Assembly (NCBI GenBank): GCA_035942355.1
Contig: DASZDE010000073.1
Location: 8,773-72,772, forward strand
DNA: 64,000 nucleotides
Reading direction: 5' to 3'
From: Allosphingosinicella sp.
Lineage (GTDB): Bacteria > Pseudomonadota > Alphaproteobacteria > Sphingomonadales > Sphingomonadaceae
Positions 49,919-60,689 of the stretch are shown piece after piece. The notes below the pieces were generated by a model. The model was given only the letters and a program-made list of their open reading frames with translations, searched no databases and was not told where the DNA came from. The translations under genes were made by a program, and so were the position numbers. The first letter of the stretch is position 1; every line of letters begins with the position of its first letter.

Positions 49919-51431
49919 GCTTCTTCCACGGGTTTTCGAGCTGCTTGTCGCGGAGCTTGCGCAGGCCGAGAGCGATGCGGCGGCGCGTGGAATGCGGCAT
50001 GATGACATCGTCGATGAAGCCCATGCTGGCGGCGACGAAGGGGTTGGCGAAGCGCTCCTCATATTCGGCGGTGCGGGCGGCGATCTTGTCGGGGTCGCCT
50101 ATGTCCTTGCGGAAGATGATCTCGACGGCGCCCGTGGCGCCCATCACGGCGATCTCGGCCGAGGGCCACGCATAATTGAGGTCGCCACGGAGGTGCTTGG
50201 AGGACATGACGTCATAGGCGCCGCCATAGGCCTTGCGGGTGATGATCGTGATCTTGGGCACGGTCGCCTCGGCGAAGGCGAACAGCAATTTGGCGCCGTT
50301 CTTGATGATGCCTTCATGCTCCTGCGCGACGCCGGGGAGGAAGCCGGGCACGTCGACGAAGGTGATGATCGGGATATCGAAGGCGTCGCAGAAGCGGACG
50401 AAGCGGGCGGCCTTTTTCGACGACTTGATGTCGAGCACGCCGGCGAGCACCATCGGCTGGTTGGCGACGATTCCGACGGTGCGGCCTTCGACGCGGCCGA
50501 AGCCGCAGATGATGTTGGCGGCGTGCGCCGGCTGGACCTCAAAGAAGTCGCCCTCGTCGAGCGTCTTCCGGATCAGCTCGTGCATGTCGTAGGGCTTGTT
50601 GGGGCTGTCCGGGATGAGCGTGTCGAGGCTGTCCTCCTGCCGGTCCCATGGGTCCATGGTGGGCCGCGTCGGCACCTCATGGCGGTTCGACAAAGGCAGG
50701 AAATCGAAAAAGTCGCGCGTCGCCAGCAAGGCCTCGACATCGTTCTCGAACGCCACGTCGGCGATCCCCGATTTGGTGGTGTGGGTGACGGCGCCGCCCA
50801 ATTCCTCCTGGCTCACCACCTCGTTGGTGACGGTCTTCACCACGTCGGGCCCGGTGACGAACATGTAGCTCGAATCCTTCACCATGAAGATGAAGTCGGT
50901 CATCGCCGGCGAATAGACTGCGCCGCCCGCGCACGGCCCCATGATCAGGCTGATCTGCGGGATCACGCCCGACGCGAGCACGTTGCGCTGGAACACTTCG
51001 GCATAGCCGGCGAGGCTGGCGACGCCCTCCTGGATGCGGGCCCCGCCCGAATCGTTGAGGCCGATCACCGGCGCCCCCACCTTCATCGCCATGTCCATGA
51101 TCTTGCAGATCTTTTGCGCGTGCCGCTCCGAGAGCGAGCCGCCGAACACGGTGAAATCCTGCGCGAACGCATAGACGAGGCGGCCGTTGATCGTACCGGA
51201 GCCGGTGACGACGCCATCGCCCGGCACCTTCTGCTTCTCCATCCCGAACTCGGCGCAATTATGCTCGACGAACATGTCATATTCTTCGAACGAGGCCTCA
51301 TCGAGCAGCACGTCCAGCCGCTCGCGGGCGGTGAGCCGGCCTTTGGCGTGCTGCGCCGCGATCCGCTGCTCGCCGCCGCCGAGGCGGGCCAGCCGCCGCC
51401 GCTCCTCAAGCTCCTCCATCGTCGTCGCCAT
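49899..51431 (-). CDS. pccB: Propionyl-CoA carboxylase beta (carboxyltransferase) subunit
   Basis: [52 protein letters not shown]. Confidence 0.96.
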   Translation of the reverse strand: MATTMEELEERRRLARLGGGEQRIAAQHAKGRLTARERLDVLLDEASFEEYDMFVEHNCAEFGMEKQKVPGDGVVTGSGTINGRLVYAFAQDFTVFGGSLSERHAQKICKIMDMAMKVGAPVIGLNDSGGARIQEGVASLAGYAEVFQRNVLASGVIPQISLIMGPCAGGAVYSPAMTDFIFMVKDSSYMFVTGPDVVKTVTNEVVSQEELGGAVTHTTKSGIADVAFENDVEALLATRDFFDFLPLSNRHEVPTRPTMDPWDRQEDSLDTLIPDSPNKPYDMHELIRKTLDEGDFFEVQPAHAANIICGFGRVEGRTVGIVANQPMVLAGVLDIKSSKKAARFVRFCDAFDIPIITFVDVPGFLPGVAQEHEGIIKNGAKLLFAFAEATVPKITIITRKAYGGAYDVMSSKHLRGDLNYAWPSAEIAVMGATGAVEIIFRKDIGDPDKIAARTAEYEERFANPFVAASMGFIDDVIMPHSTRRRIALGLRKLRDKQLENPWKKHDNIPL

Positions 51432-51589
51432 GCGGTGTCCTTATTCCGGCGCCCGGGATGAGGCAAATGCTCCCCTCCCCGAAGGCAATGGCTCGGCGGC
51501 CGTCGAAGCGGGCTGGCGCCTGGCGAGGAACGCCGCCGCCGCCCTGAACCCGTCGGTGCGGCCCGCCCCGCATCGGGCCCTGCACTCGC

Positions 51590-52483
51590 TTATTCCCGCA
51601 GCGCGGTCTCCTCCGGCGCGTGGAGCCGCAGGCGGTTGACGCGGCGGGCATCGCTGTCGGTGACTTCGAGCCGCCAGCCGCTAGGGTGGCGAAGGATCTC
51701 GCCCGGCTTCGGCACGTGCCCGGCCAGCACCGAGGCCAGCCCGCCGAGCGTGTCGACATCCTCCTCGACATCGGCAAGGCGGGCGTCGATCGTCTCGGCG
51801 ACTTCGTCAAGCTCGGTCCGCGCGTCGGCGTCCCAGACGCCATCCTCGAGCAGGATCAGCATGCCGGGCATCTCCTCGTCATGCTCGTCCTCGATCTCGC
51901 CGACAATCTCCTCGACCACGTCCTCGATCGTGACCAGACCCTCGGTGCCGCCGAACTCGTCGACGACGATGGCAAGGTGGACGCGATTGGACCGCATCCG
52001 CGCCAGCAGGTCGAGCACGCCCATCGATTCGGGCACGAACAGGGGGGTGCGGATCAGGCTGCGGATATCGGGCGGCGGCTCGGCGCCGGTCACCTGGAGG
52101 GTGAAGACGTCCTTGATGTGAACCATGCCGATGCAGCTGTCGAGGCTGCCCTCGAACACCGGCAGACGGCTGTGGCCGGCCTCGGCGAAAGCGGCGACCA
52201 GATCGGCGAAGCCGGTCGTGCTCGGCACGGCGATAATGTCGCCGCGCGGCACCGCTATGTCCCCGGCCGTGCTCTCGCCGAAGTGGAGCAGGTTCCTCAG
52301 CATCTGCCGCTCGATCGGCGACAGGTCGCCGAGGCGGGGAGGCTCGCCTTCATGGCTCTCGATCGCTTCCTCGATCTCCTCGCGGAGCGTCGCCTCGCCA
52401 TCGTCGCCGAACAGGAGGGTCCTGAGACCGCTCCAGAAAGTGCGCCCATTCTGCTGGGCGCTGCTACTGCTGTCGTCGGGCAT
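51590..52483 (-). CDS. corC: CBS/CorC-HlyC domain protein (YbeX/CorC)
   Basis: AVPRGDI, HSRLPV, VVDEFGGTEGLVTIEDVVEEIVGEIEDEHD. Confidence 0.9.
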   Translation of the reverse strand: MPDDSSSSAQQNGRTFWSGLRTLLFGDDGEATLREEIEEAIESHEGEPPRLGDLSPIERQMLRNLLHFGESTAGDIAVPRGDIIAVPSTTGFADLVAAFAEAGHSRLPVFEGSLDSCIGMVHIKDVFTLQVTGAEPPPDIRSLIRTPLFVPESMGVLDLLARMRSNRVHLAIVVDEFGGTEGLVTIEDVVEEIVGEIEDEHDEEMPGMLILLEDGVWDADARTELDEVAETIDARLADVEEDVDTLGGLASVLAGHVPKPGEILRHPSGWRLEVTDSDARRVNRLRLHAPEETALRE

Positions 52484-52488
52484 CAGGA

Positions 52489-53007
52489 TTAGGATTGCAC
52501 CTCTGTGGCTGCATAGGGATCGGAGATGCCGATTGCGGCGAGCGCCGCGCGTTCCACCATTTCCATGGCCTCGGCATCGTCGTCGCTGGTCTCATGCCGG
52601 TAGCCTAGCAGATGAAGCGTGCCGTGGACCACCAGATGCGCGGCATGGGTTTCCACCGACATCGCCCTGTCCGCCGCCTCCGCCGCGCAGACGCCGTGGG
52701 CGAGCACCACGTCGCCGAGCAGCACCTCGCCGGCGTCGGCGGCCATCAACGGCTCGAGCAGCTCCGCTTCGACCATCGGGAAGGACAGCACGTTGGTCGG
52801 CCGCTCCTTGCCGCGATAGGCTGCGTTCAATGCCTTCACCTCATCGTTGCTGGTGAACTTGACCGACACCTCGACGGCAAGCTGGCTGTTGTCGAGCCCC
52901 CTGAACCGGCTGGTCGCGATCGCCGCGCCGACCGCCCGTCGGGCCAGCTCAGACCAGTCGGTGCGACTGTCCCACTCGGCGCTTGCGTCGGCTTCGACCA
53001 GGATCAT
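52489..53007 (-). CDS. ybeY: rRNA maturation endoribonuclease YbeY
   Basis: LNAAYRGKERPTNVLSFP, LGDVVL, HLVVHGTLHLLGY.H (third His region reads YRH). Confidence 0.93.
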   Translation of the reverse strand: MILVEADASAEWDSRTDWSELARRAVGAAIATSRFRGLDNSQLAVEVSVKFTSNDEVKALNAAYRGKERPTNVLSFPMVEAELLEPLMAADAGEVLLGDVVLAHGVCAAEAADRAMSVETHAAHLVVHGTLHLLGYRHETSDDDAEAMEMVERAALAAIGISDPYAATEVQS

Positions 53008-53999
53008 TGCGCCGGCCCCTCATAGGCTTCGACGATCCGGCCGACGAGCGGGTGGCGGACGACGTCGCCCGGCCCGAAGCGGATGGTGGCGATTCTCGCG
53101 ATTCCTTCGAGCTTCGATACCGCGTCGGCGAGCCCCGATTGGCCCGGATTGGGCAGGTCGACCTGGAGCGGATCGCCGCACACCACCATCCGGCTGCGCA
53201 TGCCGAAGCGGGTCAGGAACATCTTCATCTGCTGCGGCGTGGTGTTCTGCGCCTCGTCGAGGATGATGAACGCGTCGGACAGGGTGCGGCCGCGCATGAA
53301 GGCGATCGGCGCGATCTCGATCTCGCCGCTTGCGATCCGGCGCTCGACCTGCTCGGTCGGCAGCATGTCGTAAAGCGCGTCGTAGAGTGGGCGGAGCTAG
53401 GGATCGACCTTCTCCTTCATGTCGCCGGGGAGGAAGCCGAGCCGCTCGCCCGCCTCGACCGCCGGGCGCGACAGGATGAGGCGATCGACGGAGCCGCCGA
53501 TCAGCTGCTGCACCGCCTGGGCGACGGCGAGATAGGTCTTGCCGGTGCCGGCCGGGCCGAGCGCGAAGATCATGTCGTCGCGCGCCAGCGCTTCCATATA
53601 GGCAAGCTGGGTCTTCGAGCGCGGCACGATCGTCTTCTTGCGCGTGCGGATCATCACCTTCGGCGGCTCGGCGACGTCGGCCGAGATGATCCCCTCGAGC
53701 GTCGGCTGCCCCGACATTGCGATCACCGCCTCGACCGCGCCCTGGTCGATGTCGTGGCCCTCGTCGAGCCGGTTATAGAGGCCGGTCAGCACGTCGCGCG
53801 CTCGCGCGGCCGCCTCCGGCTCGCCTTCGATCTGCACACGGGTGCCGCGCGCCGCGATGTAGACGCCGAGCCGGTCCTCGATGTTGACGAGGTTGCGGTC
53901 GAACTCGCCGAACAGCGGCCCGAGCAGGTGCGGCTGATCGAACTCGATCTCGAGGCGCGCGCGGGGTTCGACCGTTTCCGCGGCTTTCTTCTGGGCCAT
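53004..53999 (-). pseudogene. phoH: PhoH-like ATPase (YbeZ) interrupted by one in-frame TAG at 53397-53399
   Basis: One continuous frame: GPAGTGKT...[28 protein letters not shown]...FMRGRTL...DEAQN. The stop replaces the conserved Tyr. It could be a sequence error. Confidence 0.75.
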
Positions 54000-55399
54000 T
54001 ACAGCGTCGCCCCAGCGCAGGCTGGGGCCCCAGTGGGTGAGGAATGCAGGAGCCCATCGCCCGCCGGGATGCCAGCCTTCGCTGGCATGACGGTGCCGTG
54101 AAGGCTGTGCGGGCCGGCGGAGACGATTTCCACCTCCACCATATTGCCGATGCCGGCGCCCGTCTCGAGGTGGACCGACTGCAGCCAGGGGGACTTGCCG
54201 ACCAGCTGTCCCGGCTTCTTGCCGCGCCGCTCGATCAGCACCGTGGTGCGCTTCCCGACCGACGCGCGGTTGAAGCCGAGCTGCTGCGCGTTGAGCAGCG
54301 CCTGCAGCCTCTGCAGCCTTTCATCCATGATCTTCGGCGGCACCTGCTGATCCATTGCCGCCGCGGGCGTCCCCGGCCGCGGCGAATATTTGAACGAGTA
54401 GGCCTGCGCGTAGTTCACCTGCGCGGCAATTTTGAGCGTGTCCTCGAACTCCGCGTCGGTTTCGCCCGGAAAGCCGACGATGAAGTCGCCTGAAATTGCG
54501 ATGTCCGGCCGCGCCGCCCGCACCCGCTCGATGATCCGCAGATAGCCGGCGGTGCCATGGTTCCGGTTCATCGCTTTCAGCACCCGATCGCTGCCGGATT
54601 GCACCGGCAAATGGAGGAAGGGCATCAGCTTGCCGACCTCGCCATGGGCGCGGATGAGCCCATCGGACATGTCGCCCGGATGGCTGGTCGTGTAGCGGAT
54701 CCGCGCGAGTCCGGGGAGACGATCGAGCGCCCGCACGAGGCCGTCGAGGCCCTGCGCGCGTCCCTTATCGTCCTCGCCCGCCCAGGCGTTCACATTCTGG
54801 CCGAGCAGAATGATCTCCTTCGCGCCCGCCTCGACGAGGGCTTCGGCCTCGGCGAGGATCGCGCCCCAGCCGCGCGAGACCTCGGCACCGCGCGTATAGG
54901 GAACGACGCAGTAGGTGCAGAATTTGTCGCATCCCTCCTGCACCGTCAAAAAGGCGCTCGGCCCTTGTCCGCGTCGCGCGGGGAGCGCGCCAAACTTGCT
55001 GTCGACCGGCATATCGGTGTCCAGCGCCGGCGCTCCGCGCGCCGCTTTCGCGACCAGCTGCGGCAGGCGGTGGTAGGCCTGCGGCCCGACCACGATGTCG
55101 ACGCTGGGTGCGCGGCGGGGGATCTCGGCGCCCTCCGCCTGGGCAACGCAGCCGGCGACCGCGATCATCGGGCGGGAACCGTCCGGGCGTTTCAACCGGC
55201 CGATGTCGGAATAGACCTTTTCCGCCGCCTTCTCCCGGATGTGGCACGTATTGAGCACGACCAGGTCCGCATCGGCACCCTCGCCGGCGGCGCTCATGCC
55301 CTCGGCTTCGAGCAGCTCCGCCATGCGGTCGCCGTCATAGACGTTCATCTGGCAGCCGAACGATTTGACGCGGAAGGTGCGGGGGTCCTTGTGGATCAT
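53999..55399 (-). CDS. miaB: tRNA-i6A37 methylthiotransferase MiaB
   Basis: [58 protein letters not shown] domain. Confidence 0.97.
   Translation of the reverse strand: MIHKDPRTFRVKSFGCQMNVYDGDRMAELLEAEGMSAAGEGADADLVVLNTCHIREKAAEKVYSDIGRLKRPDGSRPMIAVAGCVAQAEGAEIPRRAPSVDIVVGPQAYHRLPQLVAKAARGAPALDTDMPVDSKFGALPARRGQGPSAFLTVQEGCDKFCTYCVVPYTRGAEVSRGWGAILAEAEALVEAGAKEIILLGQNVNAWAGEDDKGRAQGLDGLVRALDRLPGLARIRYTTSHPGDMSDGLIRAHGEVGKLMPFLHLPVQSGSDRVLKAMNRNHGTAGYLRIIERVRAARPDIAISGDFIVGFPGETDAEFEDTLKIAAQVNYAQAYSFKYSPRPGTPAAAMDQQVPPKIMDERLQRLQALLNAQQLGFNRASVGKRTTVLIERRGKKPGQLVGKSPWLQSVHLETGAGIGNMVEVEIVSAGPHSLHGTVMPAKAGIPAGDGLLHSSPTGAPACAGATL
54005..54092. repeat. Palindromic element, family A, forming the miaB 3' end
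   Basis: GTCGCCCCAGCGCAGGCTGGGGCCCC ... GGGATGCCAGCCTTCGCTGGCATGAC; arms resemble 16300-16384. Confidence 0.75.
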
Positions 55400-55406
55400 C
55401 CGGCGC

Positions 55407-56180
55407 CTATAGGGGATCGAGCCGCGTCGCGGAAGCTTCCAAGGGTGCGCGCGCCGGCATGAGCGTCGTGGCTGCGAGCGCCGCGACGATCTCGGCACGC
55501 GCGGCATGGGCGAGCGCCTTGCGGTCGGGCACGTCGTGCGGGTCGATCGGGGCGAGGAACTGGAGCGTTACCGGCAGGCTGCCCTTGCGCGAAAGCACCC
55601 GCCGCGCATTGGCCGCAGCCGTCTCATCACCGATCCAGGCGATCTCCCGCGTCGCCTTGCCATAGTCGATGGCGACCGGTTGCACCCTAAGGCCGTCGAG
55701 CGGCGGCATCACCGAGGCGAGCAGGCTCGCCCGGAACGGCAGCACCTCATCCCCGCCCTCGGTGGTGCCTTCCGGAAACAAGGCCACCGGCCTTCCGCTC
55801 GCCAGCGCCTTGCGCAGCGCATCCGCCTGCCCCTGGACGGCTCGCCGCTCGGCCCGCGCGACGAAGATGGTGTCGTTGAGGCTTGCCAGCCAGCCGATCA
55901 CCGGCCAGCGGGCGACGTCGTCCTTGGACACGAACGCCGCCCCGGTCGCTCCGGCGACCAGCATGATATCGAGCCAGCTGACGTGGTTGGCGACGAACAG
56001 CACGTGGGAGCGCAGCGGCGTGCCCGCCGGCTGCGTTCGAATCCCGGCCGACCAGCCGACCCAGAACAGGAAGCGGCGGGGCCAGGGCGAGCGCCGCCCG
56101 CCAAGCCTCCACGCATAATGGAGCGGCAGGCAGATGAGCAGCCCGGCCGCGATCGCGGCGAGCCGCAGCGTCAGCCGCAT
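55407..56180 (-). CDS. Lysophospholipid acyltransferase (PlsC/OlsA-like)
   Basis: NHVSWLD, FVSK, FPEGTT. Confidence 0.92.
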   Translation of the reverse strand: MRLTLRLAAIAAGLLICLPLHYAWRLGGRRSPWPRRFLFWVGWSAGIRTQPAGTPLRSHVLFVANHVSWLDIMLVAGATGAAFVSKDDVARWPVIGWLASLNDTIFVARAERRAVQGQADALRKALASGRPVALFPEGTTEGGDEVLPFRASLLASVMPPLDGLRVQPVAIDYGKATREIAWIGDETAAANARRVLSRKGSLPVTLQFLAPIDPHDVPDRKALAHAARAEIVAALAATTLMPARAPLEASATRLDPL

Positions 56181-56183
56181 CGG

Positions 56184-56606
56184 CTAGGTCTTGCGATCGA
56201 GCGCGACGCCGTACAATTCCATGCGGTGATCGACGAGCCGGAAACCGAGCCGCTCGGCGATGTGCCGCTGCAGCGCCTCGAGCTCGTCATCGGCGAACTC
56301 GATGACCTGCCCGGTCTCGACGTCGATCAGATGGTCGTGATGGGCCTCGCTCGCCGCTTCGTAGCGCGCCCGTCCGTCGCCGAAATCGTGCCGCTCGAGG
56401 ATGCCCGCTTCTTCGAACAGCCGGAGCGTGCGGTAGACGGTGGCGATCGAAATGCCGCTGTCGATCGCCGACGCGCGCTCGTGCAGCGCCTCGACATCCG
56501 GATGGTCTTCCGCCTCCGAAAGGACGCGCGCGATGATGCGGCGCTGCTCGGTGATCCGGAGGCCCTTTTCCGCGCACAAGGCTTCGATGTCGATCCTGCG
56601 TGTCAC
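56184..56606 (-). CDS. fur: Fur family metalloregulator (Fur/Mur)
   Basis: GLRITEQR, DHPDVE, IATVYRTL, HHDHLID. Confidence 0.93.
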   Translation of the reverse strand: MTRRIDIEALCAEKGLRITEQRRIIARVLSEAEDHPDVEALHERASAIDSGISIATVYRTLRLFEEAGILERHDFGDGRARYEAASEAHHDHLIDVETGQVIEFADDELEALQRHIAERLGFRLVDHRMELYGVALDRKT

Positions 56607-56674
56607 GCCTCAGCCTTTAGACCAAAGGCGGCTCGGGTCAAAGGCAGGCGGGGCGGGGAGCCCAGCCTCGACCG

Positions 56675-57097
56675 CTATTTTTTTGCGGTGCGGCGGCGCT
56701 TGGTGCCGAGACCGATCTTCTTCGCCAGCGAGCGGCGCTGCTCCGCATAATTGGGCGCCACCATCGGATAGTCGGCATTGAGTCCCCACTTCTGCCGGTA
56801 TTCGTCGGGCGTCATTTGATAGTGGGTCATCAGGTGGCGCTTCAGCATCTTGAGCTTCTTGCCGTCTTCGAGACAGACGATGTAATCCGGCTTTATCGAG
56901 GAGCGGACGGAGACGGCAGGCTCCTGTTTTGCTTTCGGAACTTCCGCGCTCCCGCCGAGGCCGGTCAGTGCATCATGGACATTCTGGATGAGCGTCGGCA
57001 GGTCGTTGACCGCGACGCTGTTGTTGCTCACGTGGGCCGAAACGATGTCGGCCGTCAGGGTGATGAGCGTCTCATCCATTTCAGCTTGGTTTTCCAT
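56675..57097 (-). CDS. mucR: MucR/Ros zinc-finger regulator
   Basis: LTADIVSAHVSNN, CLEDGKKLKMLKRHLMTHY, YPMVAPNY. Confidence 0.96.
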   Translation of the reverse strand: MENQAEMDETLITLTADIVSAHVSNNSVAVNDLPTLIQNVHDALTGLGGSAEVPKAKQEPAVSVRSSIKPDYIVCLEDGKKLKMLKRHLMTHYQMTPDEYRQKWGLNADYPMVAPNYAEQRRSLAKKIGLGTKRRRTAKK

Positions 57098-57210
57098 CCC
57101 GTACCTTCAAAGCTTGAGTTCGAAATATTCAGGAACCGATCCTGCCGCGCAAATGACCGCTTGGGCTGCATTTTACAAGCGGAATCATGGGGAATTATGA
57201 AACTCGGCGC

Positions 57211-57681
57211 CTATTCGCGAATGTTCTTGGCAAGCGTTAGGGCATCGTAAATCTGCCCGTCGCGGCCGCGATAGTAGTTCATGCGCCTGCCAACTTCCCG
57301 GAAGCCCGCTTTCGAGTAGAGCTTAACTGCATGATTTCCTTCCCGGACCTCCAAATGGAGCCGGCCTGCCCCCCGTCTTGTTGCGATCCGGTCGAACCGG
57401 TCGAGGAGCAGCTGCCCGATCCCCCGCCTTTGCCCGCTCCGCTTCACGGCGAGCAGCAGCAGCTCGGCCTCGTCGAGGATGATCCGGGCAAGCCCAAAAC
57501 CGACCACTTCACCGCCGACGCGGGCGAGCGAGAGCCACACGGCCGGCAAGGGTAGCAGCCCTGCGCATTGCGCCGCGGTCCAAGCCTCGCCGTAAGCGGG
57601 GTCGAAGCTGTCGTTCATCACGCTCATCACGGCGTCCAGGTCGAGAATGTCGCCTTCGCTGAGTAGGACGTCGCGGCTCAT
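57211..57681 (-). CDS. rimI: RimI-like GNAT acetyltransferase
   Basis: DEAELLLLAV...RRGIG, LHLEVREGN.A..LY...GF..VGRR.NYY; follows tsaB. Confidence 0.85.
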   Translation of the reverse strand: MSRDVLLSEGDILDLDAVMSVMNDSFDPAYGEAWTAAQCAGLLPLPAVWLSLARVGGEVVGFGLARIILDEAELLLLAVKRSGQRRGIGQLLLDRFDRIATRRGAGRLHLEVREGNHAVKLYSKAGFREVGRRMNYYRGRDGQIYDALTLAKNIRE

Positions 57682-58283
57682 GGCTGCATCGGCTTCGCGT
57701 CCGGCGCGCGGCCGTAGATCGGGCGCGCCTCGAGCGAACGCAGCGGCTTGGGCAGGTGCCGCGCGTCGGCCGCCCGCGGCAGCGCGTCGCTCGCCTCGCC
57801 GAAGCCCCGCGCGCTCACCAGCGCCTCGGCCCCCGATCCCCGGACGACAGGTGCGAACACGCAAGCTGCTGCCTCTTCGGGCGGCAGCGCACGTAGCTCG
57901 TCGAGGGGCACAAGCGGGTCGCGGCCATAGCTCTGTACGAAAAGCTGCCCGTGTCCGCCGTCAAGCGCAACCGCCAATTCGCCCTGGCCGCGCGCGCCGG
58001 CCGCGATCAGGGCCAAAGAGGAATAGCCCGCGAGCGGTACCCGCCAGCCGATCGCCAGCCCGTGGGCGGCGGCAAGGCCGACGCGGACGCCGGTGAAGCT
58101 GCCGGGGCCGCAGTCGACCAGGATGGCATCCGGCTTGCTGCCGCCAAGCAACTCGCCGATCATCGGCACGAGCCGTTCGGCGTGGCCGCGGCCGACCAGT
58201 AGGTGCCGCTCGTCGAGCAGATCGGCGCCATCGATCAGCGCAACCGAGCAAGCCGCGGTTGCGCTGTCGATCACCAGCAGCAT
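57678..58283 (-). CDS. tsaB: tRNA t6A biosynthesis protein TsaB
   Basis: LVIDSAT.ACSVAL, GHAERLVPMI, GPGSFTGVRVG. Confidence 0.95.
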   Translation of the reverse strand: MLLVIDSATAACSVALIDGADLLDERHLLVGRGHAERLVPMIGELLGGSKPDAILVDCGPGSFTGVRVGLAAAHGLAIGWRVPLAGYSSLALIAAGARGQGELAVALDGGHGQLFVQSYGRDPLVPLDELRALPPEEAAACVFAPVVRGSGAEALVSARGFGEASDALPRAADARHLPKPLRSLEARPIYGRAPDAKPMQP

Positions 58284-58856
58284 CTAGACGGCTTCGACCG
58301 CTTCGACCTCGGGCACATAATGTTTGAGCAGGCCCTCGATGCCGTTCTTGAGGGTCATGGTCGAGGACGGGCAGCCGGAGCAGGCGCCGTGCAGGGCAAG
58401 ATAGACGACGCCCTTCTGGAAACCGCGATAGACGATGTCGCCGCCGTCCTGCGCGACCGCCGGCCGCACGCGCGTCTCGATCAGCTCCTTGATCTGCGCG
58501 ACGACGTCGGCATCGGCCGGATCGTCGTCGATCGCTCCGGCGGGCGCAACGGCGATGCCGGCGGCGCTGCCTGCTGCGAACAGCGGCGCGCCGCTCGCGA
58601 AATGATCGAGCAGCACGCTCAGCACTTCCGGCTTGAGATATTTCCAGTCCGCTCCCGGCGCGGCGGTCACCGAGATGAAGTCGCGCCCGAAGAACACGCC
58701 CACGACGTCGCCCGTCGAGAAGATCGCCTCGGCCAGGGGCGAGGCTTCCGCCTCCTCCGGACTGGCGAAATCGCGCGTGCCGCTCGGCATCACCGTGTGC
58801 CCTGGCAGGAATTTGAGGGTTGCCGGGTTGGGCGTCGCTTCGGTCTGGATCAGCAT
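58284..58856 (-). CDS. NifU/Nfu Fe-S carrier
   Basis: IQTEATPNPATLKF, VRPAVAQDGGDI, GACSGCPSS. Confidence 0.93.
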   Translation of the reverse strand: MLIQTEATPNPATLKFLPGHTVMPSGTRDFASPEEAEASPLAEAIFSTGDVVGVFFGRDFISVTAAPGADWKYLKPEVLSVLLDHFASGAPLFAAGSAAGIAVAPAGAIDDDPADADVVAQIKELIETRVRPAVAQDGGDIVYRGFQKGVVYLALHGACSGCPSSTMTLKNGIEGLLKHYVPEVEAVEAV

Positions 58857-58906
58857 AGGCCCCATGTGGCCCGCGCCGGGCAGGCGATCAAGGGCGCTGC
58901 GCCGCG

Positions 58907-59503
58907 TCAGCAATTCTCATACTTCCAGTTGCGTTTCTTGCCCTCGGCCATCCACTCCACCGCCTGCACGAGCCGCTTCTCGCGTGTCGCCGGCTGCTTG
59001 GCACCGGTGATCCATTCGACATAGTCGCGCTGGGCGCTCGGGCTGAAGCCGGCGAAGGTCGCGGCGGCGGGCCGGTTCGCGTCAAGCGCCGAGCGCAAGT
59101 CGTCAGGGACGGTGAAAGGCTCCTTGACGGCCTTGTTGCGCGGCGGTTTCACGCCTGCGTCGGTGAGCGCCTTCGCCTTGCGGATCAGCGCCGTCAGCAC
59201 GTCCGGCGCGGGCAGGTCGTCGATCGAGGTCAGCCGGCCGAATTGCCCCATCGCGCTCTTCTGCTCACCGTCGTCGCCGACGACCAGGCTGCCGCGCCAG
59301 AAGCCGAACGTCGCATGCTGCTTGAAGGCGGCCATCATCGCGAGCTGCTCGTTCTTGTACATGAAGGTGGGAGCCGACCATTTGAGCGTCTCCTCGCAGT
59401 CGGGGCAGGCGGCGTGGACCGCCGCGCGCAGATGCTCGAGGATCGGCCTCGCGAAATCGGCTTGTCGAGCGATATAGGCGTCGATCCGTTGGTCGCGTGT
59501 CAT
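58907..59503 (-). CDS. YdeI/OmpD-associated family protein (DUF1801 plus OmdA)
   Basis: ETLKWSAP, AAFKQH, YVEWITGAKQPATREKR. Confidence 0.88.
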   Translation of the reverse strand: MTRDQRIDAYIARQADFARPILEHLRAAVHAACPDCEETLKWSAPTFMYKNEQLAMMAAFKQHATFGFWRGSLVVGDDGEQKSAMGQFGRLTSIDDLPAPDVLTALIRKAKALTDAGVKPPRNKAVKEPFTVPDDLRSALDANRPAAATFAGFSPSAQRDYVEWITGAKQPATREKRLVQAVEWMAEGKKRNWKYENC

Positions 59504-59622
59504 GAAGGACTCCGCTGCTGTGGACCGGCGATCATCCGCCGCATCCCGCCGCCGTCAAGACCGCGATGCTCCGGGGGCAAAAAAGTTTCGGTCCTGACAC
59601 AACGAATGTTGTAACGTGCGGC

Positions 59623-60243
59623 ATGCTCGGGCTCGCCGCATCGCTGCTGCTCGCCGCCGCCGCGCCGGCCGAACTGGCCGGCGACTATGTCCTCCACCAG
59701 CCGGAGACCGCCTCCGGGTTGCGGCTGCAAAAGGACGGCCGCTTTCAATGGTATTTGTCGCAGGGCGCGCTCGACCTCGCCGCGGAAGGCGGCTGGACGC
59801 GGGCCGGCGACACGCTCATCCTCACCACCCCGTCGACCGTGCCGCCCAGCTTCAGCCTGATCTCCGCGACCCGGACGACACAGCCGGAGCTCGTCGTGCG
59901 CGTGGAGAATCCGGCCGGGGCCGGCATCCAGGGAATCGATATTCTTCTTCGTTATGCGGCTGGCGAAGCGGAGGTCGGCCATACCGATGGCGAGGGCGGC
60001 TGTCGTTTCGAGTTGAAGCAGGGCGGCAAGCCGCAATACGTCGCCCTTGCGATCGGGATGTTCGAGTTCCGCTCACCGGACTTTGCGGTGGATTCCGCCC
60101 GTGCCAACGTCCTGACCTTCAGGTTGCAGCCCAACGACCTCGGCAAGCAGAGCTTTGCGGGGGAGCCGGTGCGGATCGTCGAGGAAGGGCTGGAGCTGGT
60201 CTGGCGCGGGCAGCGGCTCGTCTATCGGCGGGCCGGTCAATAG
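59623..60243 (+). CDS. Hypothetical secreted protein
   Basis: Signal peptide; ASGLRLQKDGRFQWYLSQGALD. Confidence 0.6.
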   Translation: MLGLAASLLLAAAAPAELAGDYVLHQPETASGLRLQKDGRFQWYLSQGALDLAAEGGWTRAGDTLILTTPSTVPPSFSLISATRTTQPELVVRVENPAGAGIQGIDILLRYAAGEAEVGHTDGEGGCRFELKQGGKPQYVALAIGMFEFRSPDFAVDSARANVLTFRLQPNDLGKQSFAGEPVRIVEEGLELVWRGQRLVYRRAGQ

Positions 60244-60689
60244 GCGCGTGCGACCGGCCTGATCTCCGCCAGCACCTCGGGGCCGCATTTGACGGTGACC
60301 GCGCCATAGGCATCGAGCGCCGGAAACTCGCCCCGCACCTCGTGCGTGACGACCGCCTGGGTGGCGCCCTCCGAAGGGGGCCGGACCGAGAGCAGGACGT
60401 GCTGGATCGGCGGGTGCAGTTCGAGCAGCGGCCCCTGTTCGAGCGACAGGCGGTAGCCGCCGGTCGGCACCGTCACCTTGCCGGTCACGATCAGCTTGGG
60501 GCGTTCGGGGCCCGGCATCGCATTTATCCAGGCGGCCCAGTCGCTCGATCCGGCGATCGGGCATCTCGCGGTGGTCGCCCCGGACCGGTCGGAGCCGGGT
60601 GGCAGTCCGTCGGCCGGAGTGGCGCAGCCGGCAAGGACCAGCAGGACCAGGCCAAGGCTGCGATGCCGGAGGAAGCCCGGTCCGCTCAG
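60237..60689 (-). CDS. Hypothetical lipoprotein (start uncertain)
   Basis: Lipobox VLAGC; WAAWINAMPGP...VPTGGY; no clear start codon. Confidence 0.55.
   Translation of the reverse strand: MSGPGFLRHRSLGLVLLVLAGCATPADGLPPGSDRSGATTARCPIAGSSDWAAWINAMPGPERPKLIVTGKVTVPTGGYRLSLEQGPLLELHPPIQHVLLSVRPPSEGATQAVVTHEVRGEFPALDAYGAVTVKCGPEVLAEIRPVARAY

Noticed and set aside
53397-53399. Genome-wide TAG recoding or pyrrolysine
   Set aside because: TAG ends many intact genes here (e.g. at 1000, 19033, 20422, 32244), and no pyl genes are visible
55440-55475. Possible family A remnant (CTCATGCCGG) at the acyltransferase 3' end
   Set aside because: The match is too short and there is no second arm
59599-59612. 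ACAAC-N4-GTTGT palindrome upstream of the 59623 ORF
   Set aside because: Five-bp arms with no second copy or cognate regulator nearby
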